Assembly (NCBI GenBank): GCA_965195285.1
Contig: CBDAFS010000061.1
Location: 1 to 64,000, forward strand
Direction: 5' to 3'
Source of the DNA: an uncultured Aminicenantes bacterium
Lineage (GTDB): Bacteria; Acidobacteriota; Aminicenantia; UBA2199
Length of the DNA: 64,000 bases
Within the stretch, counting starts at the first letter, position 1. Every line of letters begins with the position of its first letter. The notes under the pieces are model-generated. The model did no database searches, was not told the DNA's origin, and was given only the letters and a program-made list of their open reading frames with translations. The translations under genes and the position numbers were made by a program. Positions 27,472 to 38,428 of this stretch are shown here, one piece after another.

Positions 27472-30400
27472 TCAGGAAGTTGTGACCCGACTGCTCAGTT
27501 CATTGTGAATTTCAGCCACATTCCGGAATTTGGGATTTTTTTTCATGATTTCTCTTACAATACTCAGGGCGGCCTTAAAATCCTCTTTCATCTTATAGGT
27601 GACCACCAGCTCATACTTGATGGCCAGATATTCTTCTTCCAACCGATCAGGCGCCTCGAGTGCTTTGAAAAGCCAGCTGACCGCATCATCATATATGCCC
27701 TTTTCTCTGAAACAGATTCCCAGCAGACCTGCTGAGTCAAAGTATTTAAGGGGATGCTTGGCTGAGATCTGAAACTCATGAATGGCTTCTTCGATCAATC
27801 CCATCTCTTTATAGGCGATACCCAGATTATAACGGGTATCGTAATCTTCCTGTCCGATCTTTTCCTCTACTCCACGCTTAAATTCATCGAAGATCTCCAT
27901 CATGTTTTTTTCAACGGTGGAGGTTCTCTGTTTTTCAACTTCCCCCACCCAGAACTCAATGGAATCCAGTTCGTCCCTGGAAACCTTTTCTATCTCAAAA
28001 AAGTCATCATCATCCAGCAACAGTGCGCCTTCGAAAACGTCATCCCTCCTGTCTAAAGCAATATCCGACTGATCCATGTCCTGAAAGGTTGAATCAATCT
28101 GGACCTCGAATTCCGTTTTGGCAGATTTCTCGGTTGGGGCAGCTTTGCTGCCCTCTTCCAGAATACTTTCAATATCCAGGAGTTCGTTCTCAACCGACTT
28201 TTCCTTTTCCTCACTCAATTCGATAAAACCGGGACCGGAGGGTTCTTTGGAAACGATCTTGTTGTCTTCACCCAGTTCGAACAAATCTTCACTGGATGAT
28301 AAAAAACCGCTATCGGTCGTTTCTTTTGACTCCACTGAAGGCGACTGAATGATCTTGTCCTTGTCGATTTCGAACAGAGGCAGATCATCCGCTTCTTCGG
28401 GTTCATCCATTTCGATTTCAATATTAAGATCGTCAATATCCGCATGTTCGGATTCTTTCACCTTAATATCTTCCTCACGGTCCAGTTTGTTTTTCGCTGT
28501 CATGCTTTTGGAATCTTCTTGCTCCTGAATCATCTGACTCTCTTCAACCAGGGATGATTTAATGTTAAAAAGACCATCGTGGCTTTCAAAAGATTCCTGG
28601 ACCCCATTCATACGCACCTGCTTGAGTTTTTCCATCCTCTCAACCAGTCCCTGGTTATCGGGATAGGACTCCCTCAGTTTTTCAATCAGTTTTTCTGCGT
28701 CTCCAAAATAGCCATCATTTATATAAAAATCAAGTTCGGTAAAAACAGAGGAAAGGTTGGTTGAGTCCTCTTTTTCAACCCCGCTGTCAGAGTCAGATTT
28801 CAAATCCTCAGGCTCGAGTTCAGGGGGTGCCGGTTTTTTTTTTGTTCCCAGCATGCTGTCTTCCTCAGAAAGCACCAGTATATCCTTGAGATCATCCATT
28901 TCGTCCGGCATGCCAATCTCTTTCAGGCTGGGATCACTGATTTCGTTCATGTTGTCCTTCAAATCCTCTTTATCAAAAACAATATCAATACTGGTTTTTT
29001 CCTCCCCCGCATATTCAGCCAGTCTGACATCATCCGGTCTGAAGGTGTATAATTTTTCCAGCAATTTCTTAAACTCATCTTGATTATCTTTCGATTTGTA
29101 GATTTTCAACAGATCAATGCCCCCAGCCATCAGGGAATCAACATCATTGGAAATCTGATAGACGTCGAATAATTTCAAATGAACATCAATATTGTTGGGG
29201 AAGGTGGAGGCCGTCTTTTTTAAAATATCAATGGCTTTATCGTAATCGCTCTCGGTAATGGCTTCCTCGACCACCCTGAGGTTGAAATTGATAAGCTCCC
29301 TCTCACGTTCACCCTCACTTTCCTCATCGTACGGGGCAGCTTCCTTTCCGGTGATCCGGGCCAATTGTTCCTGATAGGTAAAAGAAGAATCGGATAGCTC
29401 AATAAGTTCTTCCAAGATTTTGATCAGTTCCTCTTTCATCTCCTTTTGCTCATAGACCGGAATCAGAGATTCGTAAAGAGCGATCAGATTGTTCTGCTTA
29501 CCACTGATCTTGAAAATAGAGGCCAGTTTTTTCAGCGCCGGGATATAGGAGTTGTTGCTTGCGATAATAAATCGAAGCATTGAAGTGGCATCCTCGTATT
29601 TTTTTTCTTTAACATGGGTTTCCACCACCGGGAGAAACAATTCATAGGTTTTGTCATACTCATTTCGCTGCATATAAACCCGTCCCAATTTCATGACAAT
29701 TTCGGTTTCACCGGTACTGAGTTCAGTAACTTTTTTTAATATTTTTTCGGCTTCGTCTATTTGATTGTTCCTGAAATACAATTCACCAAGTGATTTCAAC
29801 AGGTCAACATTCTTGAATAAATCCGAGCCCAGGCTTTTCAGCAGTTCAATGGCTGCTTTGTCATTTCCCCTGCTGGTGTAACAATTAATGAGCTTTTCGA
29901 CCACCTTGATACTTTTTATTTGTCGGGAGGTGCTCAGAAGTAATTCTTCCGCTTTTTGAAAATCCTTTTTATGCATCAGAATATCGGCAGCAGTTATATA
30001 TTCAATGACCGCATTATCTTCCAGTCCTTCCCTGCAATAATTATCCGCCAGCAATAGCCTCATCTTTATGTTGTTTCGATCAAACTCGAGTATTTTTTTA
30101 TACATGTCCAGGGCTTTTTTATGATTGTTCTTTCTTTTGTTTTCCTCGGCAAGATCGAGATAGATTTGTTTGGCTTCAATGATCAGGCCCTGCTTGGTAT
30201 ACAATTCGGCCAGTTTGACCGAAACCCCTTCATAATTTGGGTTGATCCGGGTTATACGCTTATACATGGCAATGGCTTTGGCAAAAAAGCCCTCTTTTAA
30301 AAAATAATCCGCGATCCATTCAAATTGATCGACCGCTCCGGGGAGATTATTCTGTTTGAGTTGCAGATCCCCGATAATTCTTCTGATTTCCAGATCATTG

Positions 30401-30510
30401 GGTTTGATACCCAGTATTTTTTTGTATTCCTTTATGGCTGAATCAATTTTTCCCTGGCGGAATAATTTATTGGCGGTTTTTAAAATAACTAATCTATTTT
30501 CCTTTGCCAT
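27472..30510 (-). CDS. Large TPR protein with acidic linker (SgmX-like / pilus-motility type)
   Basis: N-terminal TPR array (AKAIAMYKRI), long D/E-rich linker, C-terminal FDEFKRGV...DYDTRYNLGIAYKEMGLIEEAI. Confidence 0.75.
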   Translation of the reverse strand: MAKENRLVILKTANKLFRQGKIDSAIKEYKKILGIKPNDLEIRRIIGDLQLKQNNLPGAVDQFEWIADYFLKEGFFAKAIAMYKRITRINPNYEGVSVKLAELYTKQGLIIEAKQIYLDLAEENKRKNNHKKALDMYKKILEFDRNNIKMRLLLADNYCREGLEDNAVIEYITAADILMHKKDFQKAEELLLSTSRQIKSIKVVEKLINCYTSRGNDKAAIELLKSLGSDLFKNVDLLKSLGELYFRNNQIDEAEKILKKVTELSTGETEIVMKLGRVYMQRNEYDKTYELFLPVVETHVKEKKYEDATSMLRFIIASNNSYIPALKKLASIFKISGKQNNLIALYESLIPVYEQKEMKEELIKILEELIELSDSSFTYQEQLARITGKEAAPYDEESEGERERELINFNLRVVEEAITESDYDKAIDILKKTASTFPNNIDVHLKLFDVYQISNDVDSLMAGGIDLLKIYKSKDNQDEFKKLLEKLYTFRPDDVRLAEYAGEEKTSIDIVFDKEDLKDNMNEISDPSLKEIGMPDEMDDLKDILVLSEEDSMLGTKKKPAPPELEPEDLKSDSDSGVEKEDSTNLSSVFTELDFYINDGYFGDAEKLIEKLRESYPDNQGLVERMEKLKQVRMNGVQESFESHDGLFNIKSSLVEESQMIQEQEDSKSMTAKNKLDREEDIKVKESEHADIDDLNIEIEMDEPEEADDLPLFEIDKDKIIQSPSVESKETTDSGFLSSSEDLFELGEDNKIVSKEPSGPGFIELSEEKEKSVENELLDIESILEEGSKAAPTEKSAKTEFEVQIDSTFQDMDQSDIALDRRDDVFEGALLLDDDDFFEIEKVSRDELDSIEFWVGEVEKQRTSTVEKNMMEIFDEFKRGVEEKIGQEDYDTRYNLGIAYKEMGLIEEAIHEFQISAKHPLKYFDSAGLLGICFREKGIYDDAVSWLFKALEAPDRLEEEYLAIKYELVVTYKMKEDFKAALSIVREIMKKNPKFRNVAEIHNELSSRVTTS

Positions 30511-31102
30511 TTTTCCATTTAAAACTTTTTCGATGAAAATAAGTTTTCGCCCTTAATGATATCATATTTAAATGTTTTTGGGTAGGATATCCCTTATTAT
30601 TTTCAAATTGGAAATCAGGGAAAAACCTTGAAAAATCGACCATTAATTGATCCCGGAACACCTTTGCGATGATGGAGGCCGCTGCAATGGACAAACTGAT
30701 ATTATCCCCTTTTATAATACCCCTGCCCTTGATTTTCAGAAAATCCGGGTTCAGGCTATCCACCAGCACATAATCGGGCCTGACATGCATCTTTTTAATT
30801 GCCATCTGCATTGATTTTTTTGTGGCCTCAACAATGTTGATCCGGTCGATATCATCATTCCAGCACCAGCCAATCGAGTAATCCAGTGAGTCCCGGTAAA
30901 TATCAGAAGCCATTTTAATTCTTTTGGCGGGGCTCAATTTTTTTGAGTCTTTTATTTCAAAATTCAACCGTTCTGGATTTAAAATGACTGCCCCGGAGAC
31001 CACCGGACCGAACATGGCTCCCCTCCCCACTTCATCAAGGCCGCATATATATCTGTATTTTAATTTCTGTAATCCGCTTTCAATCTCATAATCGCACATC
31101 AC
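30494..31102 (-). CDS. rnhB: Ribonuclease HII
   Basis: [32 protein letters not shown]. Confidence 0.95.
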   Translation of the reverse strand: MMCDYEIESGLQKLKYRYICGLDEVGRGAMFGPVVSGAVILNPERLNFEIKDSKKLSPAKRIKMASDIYRDSLDYSIGWCWNDDIDRINIVEATKKSMQMAIKKMHVRPDYVLVDSLNPDFLKIKGRGIIKGDNISLSIAAASIIAKVFRDQLMVDFSRFFPDFQFENNKGYPTQKHLNMISLRAKTYFHRKSFKWKNGKGK

Positions 31103-31644
31103 CTCAGTTCTTTAAGCCGCGCGGCCTTTCCTTTTAGCTTTCTGAGATAATATAATTTGGCTCTTCTGACTTTGGAATGTCTTTTAACTTCTATTTTTTG
31201 AATCAACTCGGAATTCAATGGAAAAATTCTCTCAACGGAGATCCCGAATGATGTCTTCCGGACAGTTATGGTTTTTGAAATTCCGGAATTTTTCAGGGCG
31301 ATAACCGTCCCCTCATAGACCTGGATTCTCTCTTTCCCGCCTTCAATTACCCGGTAGGACACACGGATAATATCTCCGGGTTTCAATTCGGGAAGGTCTT
31401 TCCGGGTTTCCGCAAAATAATCCACCACAGTGGATTCTTCCGGCACCTCTTTCTTCTCTATTTCGGTTTCCGGCTTCTCTTCTTCGGTTTTTACTTCCTT
31501 TATTTCTTCTTTATTTTCGGCTTTTTCCGGTTCCTTTTCAGAAGCGGTTCCCACATCCCCTTTGACTTGCATATCCTGCACAGACTCACTTGCGTTCTGC
31601 TCCGGCTGGCTTTTGGCCTCGATATCTTTCTTTTCTGTCGCCAT
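31099..31644 (-). CDS. rplS: 50S ribosomal protein L19 with an acidic N-terminal extension
   Basis: PGDIIRV...[12 protein letters not shown]...VERIFP...[10 protein letters not shown]; ATG 31644 after GAGGAG. Confidence 0.93.
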   Translation of the reverse strand: MATEKKDIEAKSQPEQNASESVQDMQVKGDVGTASEKEPEKAENKEEIKEVKTEEEKPETEIEKKEVPEESTVVDYFAETRKDLPELKPGDIIRVSYRVIEGGKERIQVYEGTVIALKNSGISKTITVRKTSFGISVERIFPLNSELIQKIEVKRHSKVRRAKLYYLRKLKGKAARLKELR

Positions 31645-31773
31645 TCTTTTTCTCCTCAACAAAATTTAGATCGGTTTTCTATTTTACACCTTTTCGGTCA
31701 AATTTTCAATAGCTGCCCGCTTTTCCCCGGATATATTTGACTCAGAAGCTGGTTTTTGCTATAAGTAAGGGAT

Positions 31774-33282
31774 ATGAAAAAGGCAATTCCACTGGTACTC
31801 ATTCTCGGTTTTGCAGTTTTTTTTTTGACTTCGGATTCCGATGCCCAATGGCAGCACCAGCTGGATAAATACAGGCAGATTTACAAACTTCTGAAAGAAA
31901 ATTGCCCGGAGACGCCGGATACCAGGAAAATTGTCTTTGCCTCCATACACGGATTGCTGAAAACCCTGGATCCCCATTCATATTTTCTGGATCCCCCCAT
32001 GTTGAGATCCATGATGGAAGACCAACAGGGGAATTATTATGGAATCGGGATCCGCATTACCAAATACGAAGACCGGCTGACCATCCTATCCCTAATCAAA
32101 GATACCCCGGCATTCAAACATGGGCTTCAGCCCGGCGATGTAATCACCGAAATCGAGAGCCAATCCACAGCCAGCCTGCCCCTGGACCAGATTGTCAGGA
32201 AGCTCAGAGGACCCAAAAGCAGCCAGGTTAGCCTCAAAGTTCAACGCCAGGGAATTAACAAACCCCTCCTGTTCCGCATAAAGAGAGCTGAAATTCCCCT
32301 GAATTCCATATCATATTCACTATCCCACCCCACCAGTTCTGAGATCGGCTATATCAGCATCCGGACTTTTGGCAAGACAACGGCTAATGAATTCAGTTCC
32401 AATCTAAACCATCTGATCCGCCAACAGGGCGTGCAGGGGCTGATCCTGGATTTAAGAGGAAATTCAGGTGGATTGCTTCAAGCAGCCATAAAAATTTCCG
32501 ATTTTTTTCTGGAAAAAGGAAAAACCGTGGTGTCCATCAAGGGAAGGAATCGAGAGCAGAAATTTCTGGCCGCTAAAGACAGCCAGTTTGAGGGATTTCC
32601 CCTGGTTATTCTGATCAACCGGCAGAGCGCCAGCGCATCTGAAATCGTGGCCTCGGCCCTGAAAGACCACCATAAAGCCACCATCATCGGAAGCCGTTCC
32701 TGGGGAAAGGGCCTGGTGGAAACCGTACACCAACTGCCGCTGAATTGCGCCATGGCCTTGACCAGTGCCAAATATTATACCCCCGAAAATAAAAGCCTGC
32801 AAAGGGATTACCGTGAATACGATCAGTATTTCTCCATTTTGCAGGACGATGGCTATGACCATAACACCAGTCTTCAGGGAGGTGTATTCCCGGATATCCT
32901 GATCAAAGATGACCGGTATCCCCCCTCGATCACCGAGCTCATTTCCAAGGGGATTTTCTTTCAGTTTTCCCGAAAATTAATGACCGTCGGGATCCCAATC
33001 AGCAAAAATTTTTCCATTGATGCCACTATCACTGGAAAATTCAAAAAATTCCTGAAGGAAAAGCAAATTCAGTTCCCCCCGGAATTATTTAAAAAACATA
33101 TGGAAATGATTCAATACGAAATAAAAAGGGACATACTTACCCATCAATTCTCAGCCCTGGAAGGTGTGAAGGTGTTTTTGGAAAGAGACCCGGTCATCCG
33201 GAAAGCTGCCGGGGTACTCATGAAAAAATTAGAAAAAGGAGCCCGAACATGGAGAAAACAGACGGTTTTGTCAAGCAAATAA
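31774..33282 (+). CDS. ctpA: C-terminal processing protease (S41, PDZ)
   Basis: LDPHS, GIGI, LILDLRGNSGG, SASASEIVA, SWGKG. Confidence 0.9.
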   Translation: MKKAIPLVLILGFAVFFLTSDSDAQWQHQLDKYRQIYKLLKENCPETPDTRKIVFASIHGLLKTLDPHSYFLDPPMLRSMMEDQQGNYYGIGIRITKYEDRLTILSLIKDTPAFKHGLQPGDVITEIESQSTASLPLDQIVRKLRGPKSSQVSLKVQRQGINKPLLFRIKRAEIPLNSISYSLSHPTSSEIGYISIRTFGKTTANEFSSNLNHLIRQQGVQGLILDLRGNSGGLLQAAIKISDFFLEKGKTVVSIKGRNREQKFLAAKDSQFEGFPLVILINRQSASASEIVASALKDHHKATIIGSRSWGKGLVETVHQLPLNCAMALTSAKYYTPENKSLQRDYREYDQYFSILQDDGYDHNTSLQGGVFPDILIKDDRYPPSITELISKGIFFQFSRKLMTVGIPISKNFSIDATITGKFKKFLKEKQIQFPPELFKKHMEMIQYEIKRDILTHQFSALEGVKVFLERDPVIRKAAGVLMKKLEKGARTWRKQTVLSSK

Positions 33283-34697
33283 CCAAGAAATCCGAAGATT
33301 TTTCAAGATGGTATACAGATGTAATCAAGATGGCCAAGCTTGCCGATTATGCCCCCATAAAGGGAGTAATGGTTATTCGACCTTATGGATACGAAATCTG
33401 GGAACTCATTCGGAACCAACTGGACAAAATGTTTAAGGATACGGGCCATCAGAATGCCTATTTTCCCCTGTTAATTCCGGAGAGTTTATTAAAAAAGGAA
33501 GCCGAACACGTAGAGGGCTTCGCTCCCGAAGTGGCCTGGGTAACCATCGGAGGCAGTGAACCGCTGGAGGAAAGACTGGCCATCAGGCCCACCTCCGAAG
33601 CCATTATCTGTTTCATGTATGCCAAGTGGATAAAATCATGGAGAGACCTCCCCCTGAAAATCAACCAGTGGGCCAATATCGTTCGCTGGGAAAAGGTCAC
33701 CCGGCCCTTTTTAAGAACCACTGAGTTTTTGTGGCAGGAAGGTCACACCGCCCATGCCAGCTGTGAGGAAGCAGAAGAAGAAACCCTGTCCATTCTGGAA
33801 ATTTATAAAACCTTTATTGAAAAATATCTGGCCATTCCGGTTATCACCGGGCTCAAATCTGATAGTGAAAAATTCGCCGGGGCTTTAAAAACCTATTGTG
33901 TGGAAACGTTAATGCCGGACGGAAAAGCCCTGCAGGCAGGCACATCACATCACCTGGGACAAAATTTTTCCAAGGCCTTCGGAATTCGTTTTGAAAATAA
34001 AAACCAGGAACTCGAATATGCCTGGCAGACATCATGGGGCGTAACCACCCGGCTCATCGGTGCGCTGGTCATGGTTCATGGAGATGATTCCGGACTGATT
34101 CTTCCCCCGGAGATCTCTCCGGTCCAGACGGTCATCATCCCCATCTCCAGGGGAGACTGGAAAGAGACCATCCTTCCCCAGGCAGAAAGTATCTACCATG
34201 AATTAAAACAGAATAATATCCGGGTTATCCTGGATGATCGAGACACCTATACACCGGGATGGAAATTCTCCGAATGGGAGGTGAAGGGCGTCCCGGTCCG
34301 CCTGGAACTGGGGCCAAAGGATTTGGAGAAAAAGCAGGTGGTGCTGGTGAACCGGATAAATCGAGATAAAAAGTTTGTTCCTGTGAAAAATCTGGTCGAA
34401 ACTCTGAAAAAATTATTGGACGACATTCAATCGGAATTGCTGTCAAGGGCCCGGGATTTTAATGCATCACAAACCCATATCGCCAGAACCGAAAACGAAA
34501 TCATCGATATCATCGAAACCCGAAGAGGACTGGTCAAAACCGCCTGGTGCGGATCATCCCAATGCGAAATTCCGATTAAAGAAAAGGCATCTGCCACCAT
34601 TCGGGCAATTCTGGACCAGCAGGACAGCCAGTTCGAAAAATGCGCCATTTGCGGCAAAGCCCCCCGCTACACGGTCATTTTTGCCAAATCCTACTAA
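33249..34697 (+). CDS. proS: Proline--tRNA ligase, archaeal/eukaryotic type
   Basis: KEAEHVEGFAPE, IRPTSE, FLWQEGHT, QTSWGVTTR, C-terminal FAKSY. Confidence 0.96.
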   Translation: MEKTDGFVKQITKKSEDFSRWYTDVIKMAKLADYAPIKGVMVIRPYGYEIWELIRNQLDKMFKDTGHQNAYFPLLIPESLLKKEAEHVEGFAPEVAWVTIGGSEPLEERLAIRPTSEAIICFMYAKWIKSWRDLPLKINQWANIVRWEKVTRPFLRTTEFLWQEGHTAHASCEEAEEETLSILEIYKTFIEKYLAIPVITGLKSDSEKFAGALKTYCVETLMPDGKALQAGTSHHLGQNFSKAFGIRFENKNQELEYAWQTSWGVTTRLIGALVMVHGDDSGLILPPEISPVQTVIIPISRGDWKETILPQAESIYHELKQNNIRVILDDRDTYTPGWKFSEWEVKGVPVRLELGPKDLEKKQVVLVNRINRDKKFVPVKNLVETLKKLLDDIQSELLSRARDFNASQTHIARTENEIIDIIETRRGLVKTAWCGSSQCEIPIKEKASATIRAILDQQDSQFEKCAICGKAPRYTVIFAKSY

Positions 34698-34818
34698 ATA
34701 AAATGATCTCGAGGATCCTTCTCTTTGCTGATCAAGAGGTTATTTTCAATAGAATGTCCATTAAAAAAAATTAAGTGTATGTTATTGAAAAAAAATATTT
34801 TAATGATATAATTTAATT

Positions 34819-35346
34819 ATGATTATTCAATGCCCAAACTGTAATGCCAAATATAATGTCCCGGACAACAAGATTCAGGGCAAATCAAAAATGAAATGTT
34901 CGAGATGTTATACCATATTTTCACCCGATCAAGTTAAAGAAGATTCAGCCAGTAAGAAAGATACAGCCAAAATCATGCAGAAGAATGTTGGCGATTCGTT
35001 GTGGACCAATGAAAATCTGGTGTTGCCTGAAGATAAAAAAATTTCACTGGCCATCATCAAAGGAGCCCGGGCAGGATTTATTTACCATATCGAGAAACCC
35101 TATATTTTAATCGGCAGGGGGAAAGTCGACCTGATCATTCCGGATAAGGAGATCTCCAGGAAACATCTGGCCATAGAAGTCAGGGATGACAAAATATTTC
35201 TCCGGGACCTGGGTAGCACCAATGGCACTTTTATCAACGACAAAAAAGTTTCCATAACCGAAATAAAAGACCAGAGTGAATTCAAAGTCGGTCAGACAAC
35301 CCTCATGCTCATCACCACCCCCAAGGATAAGAGTTTCGGTAAATAA
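34819..35346 (+). CDS. Zinc-ribbon (MJ0042-type) + FHA domain protein
   Basis: CPNC...KCSRC; IGRG...ISRKH...DLGSTNGTF. Confidence 0.9.
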   Translation: MIIQCPNCNAKYNVPDNKIQGKSKMKCSRCYTIFSPDQVKEDSASKKDTAKIMQKNVGDSLWTNENLVLPEDKKISLAIIKGARAGFIYHIEKPYILIGRGKVDLIIPDKEISRKHLAIEVRDDKIFLRDLGSTNGTFINDKKVSITEIKDQSEFKVGQTTLMLITTPKDKSFGK

Positions 35347-35348
35347 AA

Positions 35349-36971
35349 TTGTGGCGAAAAACTAAGCTTCTTGTAAATTTTATCGCCACCTCCCTTATTT
35401 TCAATTATTTCATTTCCATTTTGGTACTGTTACTGAATCCCCACGCGGTACTGACCTACCCGGATTTCATTAATTTATACATTTATCTTTTCATATTCTA
35501 CGGCCCCTTTTGGTTTGTGATCATTGGGCTGCTCTTTTTAATCATTCAGTTTTTTTCAGAAAAGAAATACATCATCGGTATTTTTTCCCCCCCCACCATT
35601 ACCTACTTTTTATCTTTTACCGTACTGATTATTTCTTTTGTGCTGTATCTGAATTATGTGTACTATTTTTCATTCTTCACCGATGGGGTCAAAACCAAAT
35701 TTATTCAGATCCTGCTAATAAACCTCATATTAATTGTAACCAGCATCCTGTTCATGGTAATGAATAAAGTCAATAAAAAATGGATTCAGATACTCTTCTT
35801 GCTGATACTGTTCTTAAATATCATTACCTCCTTTAACTCAATTGTGGTCAACAATTTCTATATGAAGAGTGCCATTCTGAAAAAACCTACCGGTCAAAAA
35901 CCCAACCCCCGCAAGATACGAATCGTGATTATGGATGGGCTGTCTTTGAATTTTTTGATCTCCCTTTCTTCGGAACAGAAATTACTGAATTTCAATTACC
36001 TTCTGAAAAACGGAGTCAGAAGTCGAATAACATCCTTCAAACCCAATTTCGAACTGGCCTTGTTGAATTCCACCCTGACCGGATGTGAGCCATCCCAATA
36101 TGCCTTCCACTCCCATAATCGCTTTAAAATCTCGGACCTTAATTATGAGTTTAATATTTTTCCCCGTTATGTGTTCTTCAGATATTCCTCGGTGCTGGGA
36201 TTCACTACATTTTACAAAAAGGACAATCCCACAGTAAAAGATTATATTATCAAGAATTACCGCACCCATAATTATCAGATCCAGCCCTTAATCGGACACC
36301 AGTATGTCCCTGTCTATTCAAAAAAATTACTAAAACAAAACAGTCTTTTCATTCATTTGTTTTCGGACATTCTGGAGGGGCTGAATCCAAAGTACGAGAT
36401 CATCAGAAAAGCCTTTTTTTTGGACGAATACATGAAAAACCGAATCCCCGGATTAAAGGATTCCGAGAAATATTATTCCATTACCCGTCTGAAGGGGCTG
36501 GATACCATCAGTAAATATTTTTATCAGTACTACATCCCCCAGATATTCGGTAATATCGATGAAAAAGAAATCAACCAGTATGGCTGGATCATCAATAATT
36601 ATTATGAGTATTACGATTCCATCATTGGCAATTTGATCAGTTCAACCGGCGAAAATGAACTGCTGGTGATTCTGAGTTTTTTCGAGTATGAACCGCTCCC
36701 GATATGGAGAAGAATCATGGTCAATCTGTTCGGAGACCAGGATATTTATGTATACAAGTCCCTGAATTCCAAGGGAACACTGTTGATGTACGAAAAAAAT
36801 GCACTAAAAAAAGACTACCCCCTGAAAACCATTACCATATTTGATATTTTCCCCACCCTCATTTATTACTCCGGTTTTCAGTTGTCTCCGGATCTGAAAG
36901 GAGAGGTGATCCGGGAAATATTCAACGACGAATTCATCCTCAACAATCCCATTGATTTTCAAACCAATTGA
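35349..36971 (+). CDS. Membrane protein with a degenerate alkaline-phosphatase-superfamily domain
   Basis: About five N-terminal TM segments; IVIMDGLS; IFDIFPTL...LKGEVI tail typical of the NPP/sulfatase fold. Confidence 0.7.
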   Translation: MWRKTKLLVNFIATSLIFNYFISILVLLLNPHAVLTYPDFINLYIYLFIFYGPFWFVIIGLLFLIIQFFSEKKYIIGIFSPPTITYFLSFTVLIISFVLYLNYVYYFSFFTDGVKTKFIQILLINLILIVTSILFMVMNKVNKKWIQILFLLILFLNIITSFNSIVVNNFYMKSAILKKPTGQKPNPRKIRIVIMDGLSLNFLISLSSEQKLLNFNYLLKNGVRSRITSFKPNFELALLNSTLTGCEPSQYAFHSHNRFKISDLNYEFNIFPRYVFFRYSSVLGFTTFYKKDNPTVKDYIIKNYRTHNYQIQPLIGHQYVPVYSKKLLKQNSLFIHLFSDILEGLNPKYEIIRKAFFLDEYMKNRIPGLKDSEKYYSITRLKGLDTISKYFYQYYIPQIFGNIDEKEINQYGWIINNYYEYYDSIIGNLISSTGENELLVILSFFEYEPLPIWRRIMVNLFGDQDIYVYKSLNSKGTLLMYEKNALKKDYPLKTITIFDIFPTLIYYSGFQLSPDLKGEVIREIFNDEFILNNPIDFQTN

Positions 36972-37015
36972 GGCGGATATTTGCAAATAACCCGGTTATA
37001 GACTAAACTCATGGG

Positions 37016-38428
37016 TTGATGAAAACCATATGCGTTGTCCTGATTATTTTGGGTTTGCTGTGCAGTTGCCAAAAAAGCAGCCTGGTTCCGGAAATCACGC
37101 CCAATCTTGCTGCCAAGCCCGTTCACAGCCTGAAAGAAAAGCGGCGTATTTTCCAGCTGGGTCAATTCAAAACCGGCCTGATTTTTGTGACCCCCAAAAA
37201 TGAAATACAGCGTTTTGATCCCCGGACCCAGACCCTGGACACCATATTCCAGTTTCGACAACCGGTAGAACAACGGTTTTTTCTGGACCGCCATCTGCTC
37301 ATTATAAAAAACAAAAAGGGACCTGAATGGTCGATTCTGGACCTGGAATCCCAAAATATTTTAAAGACCGTACAGGGTTTCCCCGTGGATCAAATAATCG
37401 GAAGCAAAAACCAGCTTATCTGCTTCCAAAAAAACAGCCGGCTGGTTATTCTCGATTATCAGGACCTCAACCTTATTCATGAAATCCCTCTGGAAGCCGA
37501 AAAGGTATTCAACTGCAAATTTAAGGGCCCTGAGATTTTGATACTGACCAGTAAAAAATTGTACATCTATAACCGGAAAAAGAATCATCTGAATTCCCAT
37601 ATCCTCCAGAACCTGCCGGCTTCCGGATTTCTGCTCTGGGATGAGCATATATATTACGGATCAATCAATCGGGAGCTGATAAAATTTGCCCTGAAAACCC
37701 GGAAAGTAAAATGGAAAATAAAACTGGCCATGACCCTGAAAGTAAAACCACAACAAATGGGCAAGTTTATTGTTTTCAGTCCGGAGGATAACAATATTTT
37801 CTTTTTCAATCGGAATGGAACCCTGCACTGGTGGGAAAAGCTGGAAGCCACCCGTATGCTCCCTCCGATTATCATGAGGGAAAATGTGGCAGTCTTTCTG
37901 TTAAACGGGAACTTAAAGTTTTTCAACCCGAAAACCCGCAAAGTCCAGAAATTCAGTTTGAAAACCAGCCTGGACAGTAATCCGGTATACCTTGAGAATT
38001 ACCTTTACTATCTATCCCACAAAAAAAATAAAAAAGCTCAAAAAATATCCAGAGTCGGCAACATATACCAGGTTAAAGTCAAAACAGACCCTGAACATAT
38101 AAAACCCCTGGGACAATCCATTCAATTTAATTTAAACCCCATAAACCTGGTCAACCCGGTCCTGGAGGTTAAGATACTGGATCAGGCGGACCTGATTGTT
38201 TTTCAAAAAACCATCAAACACAGTGACATCATGTCCTTTGTCTGGATCCCGAAAGCAGCCGGAAAATACAAACTGGTCCTGGAAATCAAGGCCAAAAACA
38301 AAAAACAGATGACCATCAATCAGAATGTCAAAATTACGGACATCGAAACAATGATCCGCAGCAGCCAGCAACAAAACATTTTCGAATGCCCATTTGATTT
38401 ATTCAATGTCAAATCCGCCTCCCAATGA
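37016..38428 (+). CDS. Lipoprotein with PQQ-like (BamB-type) beta-propeller
   Basis: Lipobox LCSC; IYYGS...KVKWK and GTLHWW repeats. Confidence 0.7.
   Translation: MMKTICVVLIILGLLCSCQKSSLVPEITPNLAAKPVHSLKEKRRIFQLGQFKTGLIFVTPKNEIQRFDPRTQTLDTIFQFRQPVEQRFFLDRHLLIIKNKKGPEWSILDLESQNILKTVQGFPVDQIIGSKNQLICFQKNSRLVILDYQDLNLIHEIPLEAEKVFNCKFKGPEILILTSKKLYIYNRKKNHLNSHILQNLPASGFLLWDEHIYYGSINRELIKFALKTRKVKWKIKLAMTLKVKPQQMGKFIVFSPEDNNIFFFNRNGTLHWWEKLEATRMLPPIIMRENVAVFLLNGNLKFFNPKTRKVQKFSLKTSLDSNPVYLENYLYYLSHKKNKKAQKISRVGNIYQVKVKTDPEHIKPLGQSIQFNLNPINLVNPVLEVKILDQADLIVFQKTIKHSDIMSFVWIPKAAGKYKLVLEIKAKNKKQMTINQNVKITDIETMIRSSQQQNIFECPFDLFNVKSASQ

Noticed and set aside
36971-36986. Possible second sigma54 promoter (AGGCGGATATTTGCA)
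   Set aside because: GG-to-GC spacing is one base short of the strict -24/-12 requirement
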